The translations under genes were made by a program, and so were the position numbers. A DNA stretch of 58,830 nt, from the NCBI GenBank assembly GCA_018896645.1, contig JAHIMF010000062.1, positions 1 to 58,830 of the forward strand, written 5' to 3'. Positions within the stretch are counted from its first letter, which is position 1. Every line of letters begins with the position of its first letter. The notes beneath the pieces are model-generated. The model did no database searches. It was not told the DNA's origin and saw nothing but the letters and a program-made list of their open reading frames with translations. Source of the stretch: Patescibacteria group bacterium. GTDB lineage: Bacteria > Patescibacteriota > Patescibacteriia > UBA2591 > JABMQE01. This document shows, in pieces, positions 15,980 to 25,449 of the stretch.

Positions 15980-17905
15980 TTATTTCTTATCCTTCTCATC
16001 AACAATCTCTCCCTCTTCCGCTTCATCACTTTTCTTGTCTTGTTTCTTGCTCGCCTCGTCGTCACCTTGTTTCTTGTTACTTGTTTCTTGTTTCTCGTCC
16101 ACCGAAGAGGCGGCATACATCGCCTGCCCAATCTTCTGCGCAACAGTTGACAATTCCTCGGTCGCCTTTTTAATTTCCTCAATCTTATCAGAATCCTTTA
16201 TTTTTTTCAAGGCCTCCGCTTTTTCTTCAATGGCTTTCTTGTCATCTTTACTAATTTTATCACCAGCTTCTTTAAGGGCTTTTTCTGTGGTGTAACATAA
16301 AGTATCTGCCATATTCTTAACATCAATGGCATCTTTCTTTTTCTTATCCTCATCAGCATGAAGCTCCGCGTCCTTTTTCATCTTCTCTATCTCGTCTTTA
16401 CTCAAACCGCTAGAGGCCTCAATGCGTATTGATTGCTCTTTATTTGTTGCTTTGTCTTTGGCCTTCACGTTAAGAATACCGTTGGCGTCAATGTCAAAAC
16501 TAACTTCAACTTGGGGCACGCCACGAGGAGCCGGAGGAATACCGTCTAAAATAAACTTGCCAAGCGTCTTGTTGTCAGTAGCCATTTCCCTCTCACCCTG
16601 TAAAACATGAATTTCTACGGCCGGCTGATTATCCGCCGCAGTTGAAAAGGTCTGGGATTTGGAGAAAGGAACAGTTGTGTTGCCATCCACTAACCGAGTC
16701 ATCACACCGCCCAAAGTCTCAATGCCTAATGAAATAGGGGTAACATCTAACAATAGCACGTCTTTGACGTCCCCTTGAAATATACCAGCTTGGACTGCGG
16801 CGCCAACAGCTACGACTTCATCAGGATTAACAGAAATGTTTGGCTTTTTACCAAAGAATTTTTCCACAGTTTGCTGCACTAAAGGCATCCGAGTCATGCC
16901 ACCGACCATTACAATTTCTTCAATTTCCGAAGTTTTTAAACCAGCATCATCAAGCGCCTTTTTAACCGGCTTTAAAGTCCTTTCAACTAAATCGCCGATC
17001 AGTTCTTCTAATTTTGCTCTTGTTAATTTCATAACAAGATGTTTTGGCCCGCTTGAATCAGTAGTGATAAACGGCTGATTAATTTCTGTTTCACCGGAAG
17101 TGGAAAGCTCAATTTTGGCTTTTTCCGCGGATTCTTTGATTCTTTGCAAAGCCATCTGGTCATTGCCTAAATCAATGCCCTGATCTTTTTTAAATTCAGA
17201 AATAATCCATTCCATAATCTTTTGGTCAAAATCATCGCCGCCCAAATGCGTATCGCCATTAGTGGATTTTACTTCTACCGTATCTTCGGAAACATCCAAA
17301 ATAGAAATGTCAAAAGTTCCGCCGCCAAGGTCATAGACCGCGATTTGCTGGCCCTTCTTTTTTTCAAAACCATAAGCCAGGGCCGCGGCAGTGGGCTCGT
17401 TAATTATCCGTTTAACTTTGAGCCCGGCGATTTCTCCGGCGTCTTTAGTTGCTTGGCGCTGGGAATCGTCAAAATAAGCCGGCACAGTAATAACCGCTTC
17501 TTCAATTTTTTCGCCGAGCCGCTCTTCCGCATCAGCTTTCATTTTTTGTAAAATCATAGCGGAGATTTCTTGAGGAGTATGTTCTTTAGCGCCCATTTTG
17601 ACTTTGACGCCTTCTCCGGCTTTGACAATTTTATAAGACATAAGCTTAACATCGCGCTGGACTTCTTCATCTTCCCAGCGCCGGCCAATTAACCGCTTAA
17701 CGCTAAAAACCGTGTTTTCTGGATTAGTCACGGCTTGGCGCTTGGCTTGCACGCCAACTAAGCGCTCATTATTTTTTGAAATAGCAATAACAGAAGGCGT
17801 GGTCCGCATGCCCTCTTTATTCTCTAAAACTTTTGGTTCTCCACCCTCAATAATGGCCATGCAGGAGTTAGTTGTGCCTAAGTCAATACCTAAAATTTTT
17901 GGCAT
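15980..17905 (-). CDS. dnaK: molecular chaperone DnaK
   Basis: 641 aa. 'GIDLGTTNS', 'DLGGGTFD' and '[10 protein letters not shown]'. Low-complexity acidic/Lys C-terminal tail. Confidence 0.98.
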   Translation of the reverse strand: MPKILGIDLGTTNSCMAIIEGGEPKVLENKEGMRTTPSVIAISKNNERLVGVQAKRQAVTNPENTVFSVKRLIGRRWEDEEVQRDVKLMSYKIVKAGEGVKVKMGAKEHTPQEISAMILQKMKADAEERLGEKIEEAVITVPAYFDDSQRQATKDAGEIAGLKVKRIINEPTAAALAYGFEKKKGQQIAVYDLGGGTFDISILDVSEDTVEVKSTNGDTHLGGDDFDQKIMEWIISEFKKDQGIDLGNDQMALQRIKESAEKAKIELSTSGETEINQPFITTDSSGPKHLVMKLTRAKLEELIGDLVERTLKPVKKALDDAGLKTSEIEEIVMVGGMTRMPLVQQTVEKFFGKKPNISVNPDEVVAVGAAVQAGIFQGDVKDVLLLDVTPISLGIETLGGVMTRLVDGNTTVPFSKSQTFSTAADNQPAVEIHVLQGEREMATDNKTLGKFILDGIPPAPRGVPQVEVSFDIDANGILNVKAKDKATNKEQSIRIEASSGLSKDEIEKMKKDAELHADEDKKKKDAIDVKNMADTLCYTTEKALKEAGDKISKDDKKAIEEKAEALKKIKDSDKIEEIKKATEELSTVAQKIGQAMYAASSVDEKQETSNKKQGDDEASKKQDKKSDEAEEGEIVDEKDKK

Positions 17906-18123
17906 ATAATATTTTCCTTTATTACGCCAGCACTCAAAAAATATTTGATGAGTTGATGACGAAAGTTATTTATTGGTTTATTGTTAAATTATTATATTAT
18001 TTTCTTGTTCTTTTGTTTCCTTGATATTTAGTTTGACAAAAAAGTGATTTAAGAATATGATTATAGAAAATTCACAATAAATTTGCTCATTTTACAAAAA
18101 CGAAAAAGTGGGAGGAGCGAACC

Positions 18124-18336
18124 ATGTGGGTATGTCTAAAAAGAATGCAACCGTTGAGCGACCCGTTCAGGACAGAATTCTGCGAGGAGTGCTGGAGGAT
18201 TTATATGCAGGCATACTATATTGAGAATGACTTGTTCTTTGGGATGACAAGCCGACTTGCGTGTCAGGCAGATAATATCGTTAGGATAGAAGAGTTTGCT
18301 AGAATCATTGATAAATGGCTCGAAGAGAACGAGTGA
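18124..18336 (+). CDS. hypothetical protein
   Basis: 70 aa. GGGAGGAG lies 8 nt upstream. Promoter TTGACA-N17-TATGAT at about 18036..18064. Confidence 0.5.
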   Translation: MWVCLKRMQPLSDPFRTEFCEECWRIYMQAYYIENDLFFGMTSRLACQADNIVRIEEFARIIDKWLEENE

Positions 18337-18383
18337 GGAGTCACAGAAAACATTGTTTGAGCTGATTAAAGGGAGGTAAAAAA

Positions 18384-18740
18384 ATGGATATAATTGATTT
18401 TGGTATTTTTTGGAAAGCAGAAGAGAGCGAAATTATGTTTCAGAAGGATAATTTTACAAAAACGGAAGCGGCGGCAATTCTTTCACAAATAAAGCAAGCA
18501 TGGGGTATAAACACATCTTTAATGCACTTTGCAGATGTTTCTGGCAATATCCTTGTTTGCACAGAAGAAAATGGATCCCATTATATCTTCATTGACAATT
18601 TTGCTCTCGTAGGATTACCGAAGGATAAAGCTGGCGATAAGATAAGAACTGCTAACGATATGGATATCGCCAACTTCTACAAATTCGGAATCAGAAATTG
18701 GAACCCAGGAATCCCGCTAAGAAAACGAGGATTCTCCTGA
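18384..18740 (+). CDS. hypothetical protein
   Basis: 118 aa. AGGGAGG upstream. Followed directly by a terminator. Confidence 0.55.
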   Translation: MDIIDFGIFWKAEESEIMFQKDNFTKTEAAAILSQIKQAWGINTSLMHFADVSGNILVCTEENGSHYIFIDNFALVGLPKDKAGDKIRTANDMDIANFYKFGIRNWNPGIPLRKRGFS

Positions 18741-18772
18741 TGGTCGACTCTTTTGGGGTCGGCCATTTTTTT
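18741..18772 (+). terminator. rho-independent terminator
   Basis: TGGTCGAC-loop-GTCGGCCA stem followed by TTTTTTT. Confidence 0.75.
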
Positions 18773-18865
18773 AAACAACACATCTCTTTTCTGCCAATGT
18801 CATTGCGAAAACCAAAATCTATTGTCAAAATCTTTACTTAATTACTTTATTACCTAATTACTCGT

Positions 18866-19264
18866 TCACTTTTTTATCTCCACCTGTATCTTTTTTGGCT
18901 TAGCCCGTTCTGCCTTAGGAATAATCACTTTCAAAACTCCATTTTCATATTCTGCTTTTGCTTTAAGCCCATCAACACTAGCCGGCAAAGCCACGCTTCT
19001 ATGGAAAGAACCATAGCGGACTTCCTTGCGATAATAATTCTTTTCATCAACCTCGCTTTTGTGTTCGCTTTCGCCAGTAACAGACAAGACGTCATTTTCC
19101 ACGGAAATATCTAGTTTTTCCGGGTCAACGCCAGTGATCGGAGTTTCCACAACTACATTGTCTTTATCCTGATAAACATCCATGGCCGGGACAAATGACC
19201 TTGGCGCGAGGTCAAAATCATCCATAAATGGCTCCAAAAATGGAGACCAGTGGGTTAGGTGCAT
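18866..19264 (-). CDS. Hsp20/alpha-crystallin small heat-shock protein
   Basis: 'PAMDVYQDKDNVVVETPITGVDPEKLDISVENDVLSVTGE...GSFHRSVALP...AEYENGVLKVIIPK'. AAGGAG lies upstream of the Met at 19264. Confidence 0.88.
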   Translation of the reverse strand: MHLTHWSPFLEPFMDDFDLAPRSFVPAMDVYQDKDNVVVETPITGVDPEKLDISVENDVLSVTGESEHKSEVDEKNYYRKEVRYGSFHRSVALPASVDGLKAKAEYENGVLKVIIPKAERAKPKKIQVEIKK

Positions 19265-19404
19265 AATATATTTCTCCTTTTGGGGAAAATGATTCACTTT
19301 TTTTGTTGAGTCATTCCCCTTAAATTTCTAATTCACCTAATTTCTAATTTCTAATAAAATTTCTAAGATCAAAAACTAAAAGTTTTTTAACATTTGACAT
19401 TTTG

Positions 19405-19495
19405 CCCTCGGCCTTACCCTCAAGCTCCGAGGCTCTCTTCGAGAGCCTGAGGGCTCCTCAGAGCCTCGAACGGCGGGGCCGAAAGGGAATTTGGC
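19405..19495. repeat. GC-rich repeat, family 2 copy, inside AT-rich inverted 'word' arms
   Basis: CTCGGCCTTACCCTCAAGCTCCGAGGC... is homologous to 9588..9650. Flanked by AATTTCTAATT-type arms (19320..19365 and 19500..19550). Confidence 0.75.
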
Positions 19496-19571
19496 ATTTA
19501 TTAAAAATTTAGTATTAGAAATTAAGCATTTTATTAGGAATTAGGTGAATTTTAAAATGGTGAATTAAAAA

Positions 19572-20096
19572 TTACTCCGCGACTATCACCTTCGCCGGCA
19601 CAATCACTCTCCCGTTCATTGTGTAACCAGCACTGCACTCTTTTAAAATCGTGTCTGATTCTTTCCCTTTTTCTTGATGTTTGCTTACTGCCTCATGAAA
19701 CTCGGGACTAAACTTCTCGCCTACAGTTTTAATCTCTTCCACTCCCCTGTCTTTTAAAAATTTATCTAATTGGGATTTGATATGACGAATACCTTCAAGC
19801 CATGTATTTTGTTCATTGACTGGCTTACCGTTTTCTTTGTCTTTATTGTTTAATTGTTCAATTGTTACATTGCTGACATCTGATGCGTGTGCCAATGCTT
19901 TTTTGAAGTGGTCATGGATTGGGAGAATATCCAAAATTAAATCAGCGGCCATAAATTCCCGCAATTCTTGAGAGCGTTTTTCAATATCTTTTTTATAATT
20001 AGCCAAATCTGCTTTAGCCCGCTTCCAGCCGTTTAAGTACTCATCACATTGTTTTTTGAGTTTTTTAAGTTCATCTAGTTTTTTTGAGTCTTTCAT
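19572..20096 (-). CDS. grpE: nucleotide exchange factor GrpE
   Basis: 174 aa. Coiled N-terminus 'YLNGWKRAKADLANYKK' and C-terminal 'GYTMNGRVIVPAKVIV'. Confidence 0.9.
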   Translation of the reverse strand: MKDSKKLDELKKLKKQCDEYLNGWKRAKADLANYKKDIEKRSQELREFMAADLILDILPIHDHFKKALAHASDVSNVTIEQLNNKDKENGKPVNEQNTWLEGIRHIKSQLDKFLKDRGVEEIKTVGEKFSPEFHEAVSKHQEKGKESDTILKECSAGYTMNGRVIVPAKVIVAE

Positions 20097-20236
20097 ATTT
20101 TGAATTTATTAATTTATTTGTTTATTAATTTATTGAACAGCCGCAAAAATTATCAATTATCAATTATTAATTATTTTATTAACTTTGCCAACTCTTAATT
20201 TTCTGTTACTTACTAATTACTTAATTACTCAGTTAC

Positions 20237-20815
20237 TTAACCACGTTTAATCTTTATATCATACAGCATCTCCTCAAGCCTTCGTAAATTTCGCTTCGCG
20301 TCGTCAAACTTAGAACGCAAATGCCCGTTATTCAGATTTAATTTAATCAGTTCGCCGATAATCTCTTCTACTGTATCCCGATATTTTTCAACTTCCCTAA
20401 ACTTTCGTTTTGTCGCTTGATTAACGGCCTTACGGACAAGCTCGCCGGTAAGATCGCAAATTGCGCATAAATAACTCTCGTAGTTTAATTCCTCTTCTTC
20501 CAAAAAATCAATTTTTTTGCCGGCAAGAACATTATAAAAAAACTTGGCCTCCGCGTATTCTTCAAGCGCGGCCCGAAAAGCCCCTTCGCGGCGAAGCGAG
20601 GCATCGCGTTTAAAATAGGTCTGGAAATTCGCAAAAATATTTTCAACATCCTTAATCAATTTCCCGGCAATTTTCATGTCATCGCGATGCATTGAAAAAA
20701 TCGCCTGCTTGCTTAGACGCAAAGCATCGCTGGAATCCTTAATAATTTGATGCCGCTTTGAGCTGTAGTTGATGTAATCGGCTAAAAGTTGTTGGAAAAG
20801 TTTTTTATTGATCAT
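20237..20815 (-). CDS. translin/TRAX-family protein
   Basis: 'ESYLCAICDLTGELVRKAVN' and 'NLNNGHLRSKFDDAKRNLRRLEEMLYDIKIKRG' parallel eukaryotic translin 'DYLSGVLILASELSRL' and 'NLKNDSLRKRYDGLKYDVKKVEEVVYDLSIRG'. Confidence 0.7.
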   Translation of the reverse strand: MINKKLFQQLLADYINYSSKRHQIIKDSSDALRLSKQAIFSMHRDDMKIAGKLIKDVENIFANFQTYFKRDASLRREGAFRAALEEYAEAKFFYNVLAGKKIDFLEEEELNYESYLCAICDLTGELVRKAVNQATKRKFREVEKYRDTVEEIIGELIKLNLNNGHLRSKFDDAKRNLRRLEEMLYDIKIKRG

Positions 20816-20857
20816 AGGTTTTTATTTTAACTTATTAAATGGATTAAACGAAATCCG

Positions 20858-21520
20858 TTAAATTAACGTCTTAGCATATTTAAGTAAATTGATATTGCTG
20901 CGATAATCCATGCGCATGGGGCCAATAATCCCAATCATTTTGTTTTTGCTTTTAGTAATCACTAAACCACAATCAGCGCCAAAAGGATTGTCGGACCCGA
21001 TCCTCACTTCCACGTCATTCCCCACTTCGTTGTAGATTTGGGAAACAACCTCATCAAGATGGTCAATGACCGAACTAAAATTATAAACCAAATCATACTT
21101 ATGAAACTCTGGCTGGGAAAAAACATTGGAAATGCCAGTGTAGTAAACATCGTCTTTGCTAAAACCAACCACTACCGCTTCTTTGGAAATTTCTGCAATT
21201 CTTTTGGCGATGTCTTTCAGATTGCTCATATTCTTAAATCCTGGGACTTCTGTTATTTTACCACTTTTAATAAGATTTTCTAAGTAAAATTTATAGCCAG
21301 CTTCAGTGGGCACCCGGCCGGCAGAAATGTGAGGCTGAACAATTAAACCCTGCTTTTCCATCTCTGCCATTTCGTTACGAATAGTAGCAGATGAAATGTC
21401 ATTAAAATGCTTGTCAACCAATAAACTCGACCCCACTGGCCCAGCGGTCCTGATATGCTCTTCTATGATGTATTTTAATAGCTTATTTTGTCTGTTCTGC
21501 ATGTTCTTAGTATAAACCAT
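20858..21520 (-). CDS. hrcA: heat-inducible transcription repressor HrcA (short form, 220 aa)
   Basis: N-terminal wHTH 'IIEEHIRTAGPVGSSLLV...SSATIRNEMAEMEKQGLI.QPHISAGRVPT'. A CIRCE lies immediately upstream. Confidence 0.88.
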   Translation of the reverse strand: MVYTKNMQNRQNKLLKYIIEEHIRTAGPVGSSLLVDKHFNDISSATIRNEMAEMEKQGLIVQPHISAGRVPTEAGYKFYLENLIKSGKITEVPGFKNMSNLKDIAKRIAEISKEAVVVGFSKDDVYYTGISNVFSQPEFHKYDLVYNFSSVIDHLDEVVSQIYNEVGNDVEVRIGSDNPFGADCGLVITKSKNKMIGIIGPMRMDYRSNINLLKYAKTLI

Positions 21521-21523
21521 ACT

Positions 21524-21550
21524 TTAGCACTCGTCAAGCGAGAGTGCTAA
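21524..21550. promoter_or_regulatory. CIRCE operator TTAGCACTC-N9-GAGTGCTAA (perfect consensus)
   Basis: Read directly: TTAGCACTC at 21524..21532, GTCAAGCGA spacer, GAGTGCTAA at 21542..21550. Confidence 0.95.
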
Positions 21551-21554
21551 TTTT

Positions 21555-21582
21555 ATATTAACATAGGTAAAAATTTTGTCAA
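21555..21582 (-). promoter_or_regulatory. hrcA promoter TTGACA-N16-TAATAT
   Basis: Minus strand has TTGACA at 21582..21577 and TAATAT at 21560..21555. The CIRCE begins about 5 nt downstream. Confidence 0.6.
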
Positions 21583-21715
21583 GCCCAAAATAAAAAAGCC
21601 TCCCAGTAAAAACCGAAAGGCTCAATAATTTCCATCCCTCCTAAGCAGTGGCTACGGTTGCCGCTGTTGCCACTAATAGCCCGGGTAAAATTCGAATGTT
21701 CATAGCACCCGCCTC

Positions 21716-21919
21716 CTAATGAGCCCTGGATAAGGAAAACCAGCTCACTGCCAAGGGAACAGATAAAAGTAGCATAATGCCAGCGAGAATCCGGTTAATT
21801 AACGTGGGTCCCACCACAACAATAAAAAACCAAATTGGGCATAATCTAAAATTCATCCACAAGGCATCAGAATACCGCCAATACAAAGATACCGGTTTCT
21901 TCCTTAGTATCATTTCCAC
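21716..21919 (-). CDS. small two-TM membrane protein, paralogue 2 of a tandem pair
   Basis: 67 aa. AAGGAGGTGG upstream. Aligns with 21867..22112 (SLYWxY...W...F...P...SxPLxxxWxxL). Confidence 0.45.
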   Translation of the reverse strand: MEMILRKKPVSLYWRYSDALWMNFRLCPIWFFIVVVGPTLINRILAGIMLLLSVPLAVSWFSLSRAH

Positions 21920-22112
21920 CTCCTTGGTGAACTGTCAACTGGTACCACTTCATCACCAGTGGCAGAGAGAAAACCAAAAAAATACCGAAGACAAAACCTT
22001 TCATTATTGTAGAGGCTATCACAACCATAGACAGTGGGACAACATAGAAACGGGGGTCTCTCCACATTTTCTTAAAATACAACCAATACAAAGATGATAA
22101 TTTCTTCATCAT
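21867..22112 (-). CDS. small two-TM membrane protein, paralogue 1
   Basis: 81 aa. GGAAGGGGGG upstream. Its 3' end overlaps the start of the next paralogue. Confidence 0.45.
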   Translation of the reverse strand: MMKKLSSLYWLYFKKMWRDPRFYVVPLSMVVIASTIMKGFVFGIFLVFSLPLVMKWYQLTVHQGGGNDTKEETGIFVLAVF

Positions 22113-22198
22113 ATCATCCCCCCTTCCGCTTCAGTTATGAATACCAAAAAGAGCAAAAAACGCTTTGTTTATATATTTTTATAAATCGCGTTAATAGA

Positions 22199-22651
22199 TT
22201 AACTACCGGCAATTGCAATACCTGTTTTTATTTCAACTCTAACAACTCGTTCATCTAACTCCTCAAGTTTGTCATCCTGTCGTTTATCACACGCATATTG
22301 CGACTTCTGTTCGGTTCGCACGGTGTCTAATTTTTTAGCAACTTCATCATTAGAGGATAAAACCTCATTTCTCTGTATGCTTGTTTTTTCTATTATTCTT
22401 TCTTCTGTTTCCCTAAGATCCTGCTTGGTCGCAAAAATTTTGAAAGCTTTGTCAGTGAATTCTTTAAATCTTTTTTCGTTAACTTCCGTGAATTCTTTGA
22501 AGTTCTTTTGGGTGAGTCCTGTGAATTCTTTGAAGTTCTTTTGGGTGAGTCCTGTGAATTCTTTGAAGTTCTTTTGGGTGAGTCCTGTGAATTCTTGAAA
22601 ATGCCTCAAGGTTACCGGCTGATCTAAATTTTCTTGGTTTTTATTTTCCAT
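22199..22651 (-). CDS. coiled-coil protein with tandem 11-aa repeats (FKEFTGLTQKN x3 plus degenerate copies)
   Basis: 150 aa. The repeats are seen in both DNA and protein. Confidence 0.6.
   Translation of the reverse strand: MENKNQENLDQPVTLRHFQEFTGLTQKNFKEFTGLTQKNFKEFTGLTQKNFKEFTEVNEKRFKEFTDKAFKIFATKQDLRETEERIIEKTSIQRNEVLSSNDEVAKKLDTVRTEQKSQYACDKRQDDKLEELDERVVRVEIKTGIAIAGS
22455..22600. repeat. 33-bp tandem repeat (3 perfect units at 22488..22586 plus degenerate flanking units), coding
   Basis: GTGAATTCTTTGAAGTTCTTTTGGGTGAGTCCT repeated head to tail. Confidence 0.9.
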
Positions 22652-22737
22652 GGTAAGTAATAAAAATTAATGTATCTTTATGCTAATATATCATTAAAAC
22701 AAATCAAAGTTCAATCTGTTGATAGGTTCATAATAAG

Positions 22738-23313
22738 CTATTCAAACTTCACTGGGATCACCACTATGTTTTCTTCGCTACCGTCTTTAGCTGACTGGTT
22801 AAAGACTTCTATTACTCCTTCTTTAGTGGCGTGGAATTGATAAGAGAGCGTAATTTTAAAAGGCCCAAACTCGCCCGCTTCAGTGGCGTGAGCCGTTGCA
22901 ACCTGTTCGGGAATAACCACACCGCCATACTGATTTTTTACTCGAATCAAAACCGTGCCCTCAAAAACCCGGGCTTGGCCCCGGACTTCAAAAGGGCTAG
23001 TAAGCGTGGCGTGGGGCAAGGGCGCTTCTACGACTATATTTTCACTTGCTACCGGTTCTGGAGACTCTTCCTGGTCTACTGACTCATCAGGTTCACTTAG
23101 TTGTTCAGACGCCTCATCAGCCTCTCCAATAGTTGAATCTTCAGGTCCTTGCCCGACTTCCTCATCATCAGCTGTCTCTTCTGGGGTTTCTTCACTAGTC
23201 TTTTGTGATTTCTCAACACCATCGCTAGTATATACCTTACTTTCCTGATTCAAACAACCGCTAACCGCAACGGTCAGCATCAACAATATTAAAATGATGG
23301 AAAAATTTTTCAT
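22738..23313 (-). CDS. lipoprotein with acidic linker and C-terminal Gmad2-type Ig-like domain
   Basis: Lipobox LTVAVSGC. C-terminus 'SPFEVRGQARVFEGTVLIRVKN...FGPFKITLSY...GVIEVFNQSAKDGS'. Confidence 0.6.
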   Translation of the reverse strand: MKNFSIILILLMLTVAVSGCLNQESKVYTSDGVEKSQKTSEETPEETADDEEVGQGPEDSTIGEADEASEQLSEPDESVDQEESPEPVASENIVVEAPLPHATLTSPFEVRGQARVFEGTVLIRVKNQYGGVVIPEQVATAHATEAGEFGPFKITLSYQFHATKEGVIEVFNQSAKDGSEENIVVIPVKFE

Positions 23314-23564
23314 AGTTTTAGAACAGATATTGGTTCATCTTTATTATAGCACTTTTATTACAGAAAGAAAAGAAACAATAAGGCAAATGATTATTTTCAC
23401 TAATTACCCCAAGGTAGTCACTAGTCACTCGTCATTAGCAATTAGGGGTTAATTTCCCATCGTTATTGCAAATAAACGTGTGTTTATAACAAAATATAAT
23501 TTAAAGCTTCCTTAGTGGGATAGCGACGAGTGGTCAGTGACTGGTGAAATAAATAAAAAGAGGC

Positions 23565-23600
23565 GCTAATCTCTCGATTAAACGCCCCTGTTGAAACTTT
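23565..23600 (-). terminator. rho-independent terminator after ORF 23619..23918
   Basis: Minus strand reads AGGGGCG-loop-CGCCTCT followed by TTTTT. Confidence 0.6.
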
Positions 23601-23618
23601 GAATTCAACATCAACCAC

Positions 23619-23918
23619 TTATGCTTCTCTACTACCCCCCACGCGCCTGGTTAAGATACTAAAAGCCCAATCCCAATCAATCATATTTTTCCACTTGTAT
23701 TCTATTGGTGTAGGTCTAGCAGAAACACAGACAATCTGACATTGTTCGTTTTTTGCCAGCCAATTACAGGCTTCTGCTATACAACATTCCGGTATAGTCT
23801 CTTTCCGAGTACTGGTTAATTCTTCAAAACTCGCCAACTGGAGTCCCCCATCATCATACAACATCACAATCCCTGTCTTTCCATCAAGGTCTGTGATTAA
23901 CAGATAAGCCTTGTACAT
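23619..23918 (-). CDS. hypothetical protein
   Basis: 99 aa. AAAGGAGGG upstream. Confidence 0.5.
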   Translation of the reverse strand: MYKAYLLITDLDGKTGIVMLYDDGGLQLASFEELTSTRKETIPECCIAEACNWLAKNEQCQIVCVSARPTPIEYKWKNMIDWDWAFSILTRRVGGSREA

Positions 23919-24010
23919 TGTCTCGCCCTCCTTTCAGTTTCTCTAATTTCATTAATGTCATTAATACCTCGGTCAAACAAATATTGCTCTAAGCCAGCAA
24001 TCACTTCATT

Positions 24011-24259
24011 CTACCCACCAATTCGCACTTCTGGCTCGGCGCTGTATTCAAGGGGAATCCGTTTAGCTTCTACTGCAAAAAGCCTCATAAACACTTTGGT
24101 GTGACTTTCCCGAACCATATCCCCACCCAACAATCTCTTAACAGTTGCTTTAATCCTGGGGTCATCAACACTTTCAAAGGAAAACTCGTACTGCTTGTGC
24201 TCATCGCCTGCAAACTCATCAACCTGCAAAACCACATACTTGCCTTCATAAAGTTCCAC
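24011..24259 (-). CDS. hypothetical protein (GTG start)
   Basis: 82 aa. AAGGAGG upstream. Promoter TTGACA-N17-TATGAT at about 24320..24350. Confidence 0.5.
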   Translation of the reverse strand: MELYEGKYVVLQVDEFAGDEHKQYEFSFESVDDPRIKATVKRLLGGDMVRESHTKVFMRLFAVEAKRIPLEYSAEPEVRIGG

Positions 24260-24428
24260 TTTGACCTCCTTGTTGGTTTTGTTTGAAAAGAGCGATTATT
24301 TTTATTAATTTAAGGCAGTTTCTATCATACCAAAAATCTAAAAAATGTCAAACCCGTGTATAACTTTAGTTAACATTCGCCCTGGGTTTATTAACCCCAT
24401 TTATGGGATTTTGGACCCCAGCCCTAGA

Positions 24429-24460
24429 ATTCCAACCAAACGTTGGTCAACCTCTGGTTG
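24429..24460. repeat. REP family 1, degenerate AT-shifted copy
   Basis: ATTCCAACCAAACGTTGGTCAACCTCTGGTTG compared with ATTCCAGCCAAAGGCTGGTCGGCCTTTGGCCG at 55624. Confidence 0.6.
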
Positions 24461-24536
24461 ATATTCCCGGGCACAAAAACGCGGGCAACCAGCCAATTTT
24501 ATATAATTTTTTGGATGTATTAAATAGGTATTTTTA

Positions 24537-25238
24537 TTATTTCCCCATATAAAACTTCCTCTTTTCTTCTGAAAACTTCTCAATCGCATATCGCAACATA
24601 GTGCGCGGCATTTTGTGATAATATTTTTTCAAAAATTTTTCTTCAATGCCCTGATTTCTTTTGCCGAGCTCTCGTAACATCCAGCCCACCGCTTTATGGA
24701 TTAAATCATGCTCATCTTTAAGCAATATTTGGGATATTTTTAAAGCGTCAGTGAAATCATTATTTCTAATGAAAGCAAAGGTTGCAAGGACTGTAATTCG
24801 CCTTTCCCAGAGGTTTTTTGATTTGGCGAGTTTATATAAAATATCCCTGGGTCTCTTTTGGAGATAATCACCCACAATATTGGGCGCAGAAAGGTCAACC
24901 AAATCCCAATTGTTTATATTTTTCGCGTTTTTCAGATAAATTTTATAAATCTCTTGTCTGCCTTTTTCATTAGCTTTTTTGTACTTGGCAATAAGAATAA
25001 ACAAAGAAATTAAACGATGTTCGTGAATTTTGCCGGAAAGCAGTTTTTCTGCGTCTTGTAAAGCGAGGTCCGTGTATTTTTTCGCCACTATCCGCTGGAC
25101 CGGAACTTTAATGCCTAAAAAAACATCACCCTCGCCATACTCGCCTTTCTTAGTTTTAAAAAAACGAGCTAAAATTTTAGCCTGCTTTGGGTTGGCAAGT
25201 TTTTTTAGTTCTTGTTTTAGATGCTTGATGTTTAACAC
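24537..25238 (-). CDS. DNA alkylation repair protein (AlkD-like HEAT-repeat glycosylase family)
   Basis: 233 aa. 'NNWDLVDLSAPNIVG', 'NLWERRITVLATFAFIR' and 'HKAVGWMLRELGK'. Confidence 0.8.
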   Translation of the reverse strand: MLNIKHLKQELKKLANPKQAKILARFFKTKKGEYGEGDVFLGIKVPVQRIVAKKYTDLALQDAEKLLSGKIHEHRLISLFILIAKYKKANEKGRQEIYKIYLKNAKNINNWDLVDLSAPNIVGDYLQKRPRDILYKLAKSKNLWERRITVLATFAFIRNNDFTDALKISQILLKDEHDLIHKAVGWMLRELGKRNQGIEEKFLKKYYHKMPRTMLRYAIEKFSEEKRKFYMGK

Positions 25239-25254
25239 TTTCTGATATGTTTAT

Positions 25255-25329
25255 TGGTACCGCCTAGGGGAATCGAACCCCTGTTACCAGGATGAGAACC
25301 TGACGTCCTAACCACTAGACGAAGGCGGC
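25255..25329 (-). tRNA. tRNA-Glu (anticodon CTC), CCA encoded
   Basis: Hand-folded cloverleaf: GCCGCCT acceptor, anticodon loop TTCTCAT, GGGGTTCGATTCCCC T-arm, 4-nt variable loop. Confidence 0.9.
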
Positions 25330-25449
25330 ATGGTATCCCAAGATGCAAGATGCAAGGGCACAAACAAATTTCAAATTTCAAAATATCAACGACTCGGAGT
25401 TTGAAATTTGTATCTTGTATCTTATTTGTAATTTGTTTCTTGTGTCTTG

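Noticed and set aside
16000-17900. Numerous antisense or overlapping ORFs inside dnaK, dnaJ, gpmI, ftsI and other conserved genes (for example 15976..16182, 17222..17551, 54018..54446)
   Set aside because: They are fully contained in strongly conserved genes on the other strand or frame, and they show low-complexity composition typical of shadow ORFs.
17930-17975. Second CIRCE operator upstream of dnaK
   Set aside because: Only the right half-site (GAGTGCTGG on the minus strand) resembles the consensus. The left half at the required 9-nt spacing does not match TTAGCACTC.
22455-22600. Possible CRISPR array (regular 33-bp repeats); the same question arises for 42046..42132
   Set aside because: The units are contiguous with no spacers, lie in frame inside long ORFs, and encode 11-aa coiled-coil repeats. 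No cas genes are present in the window.
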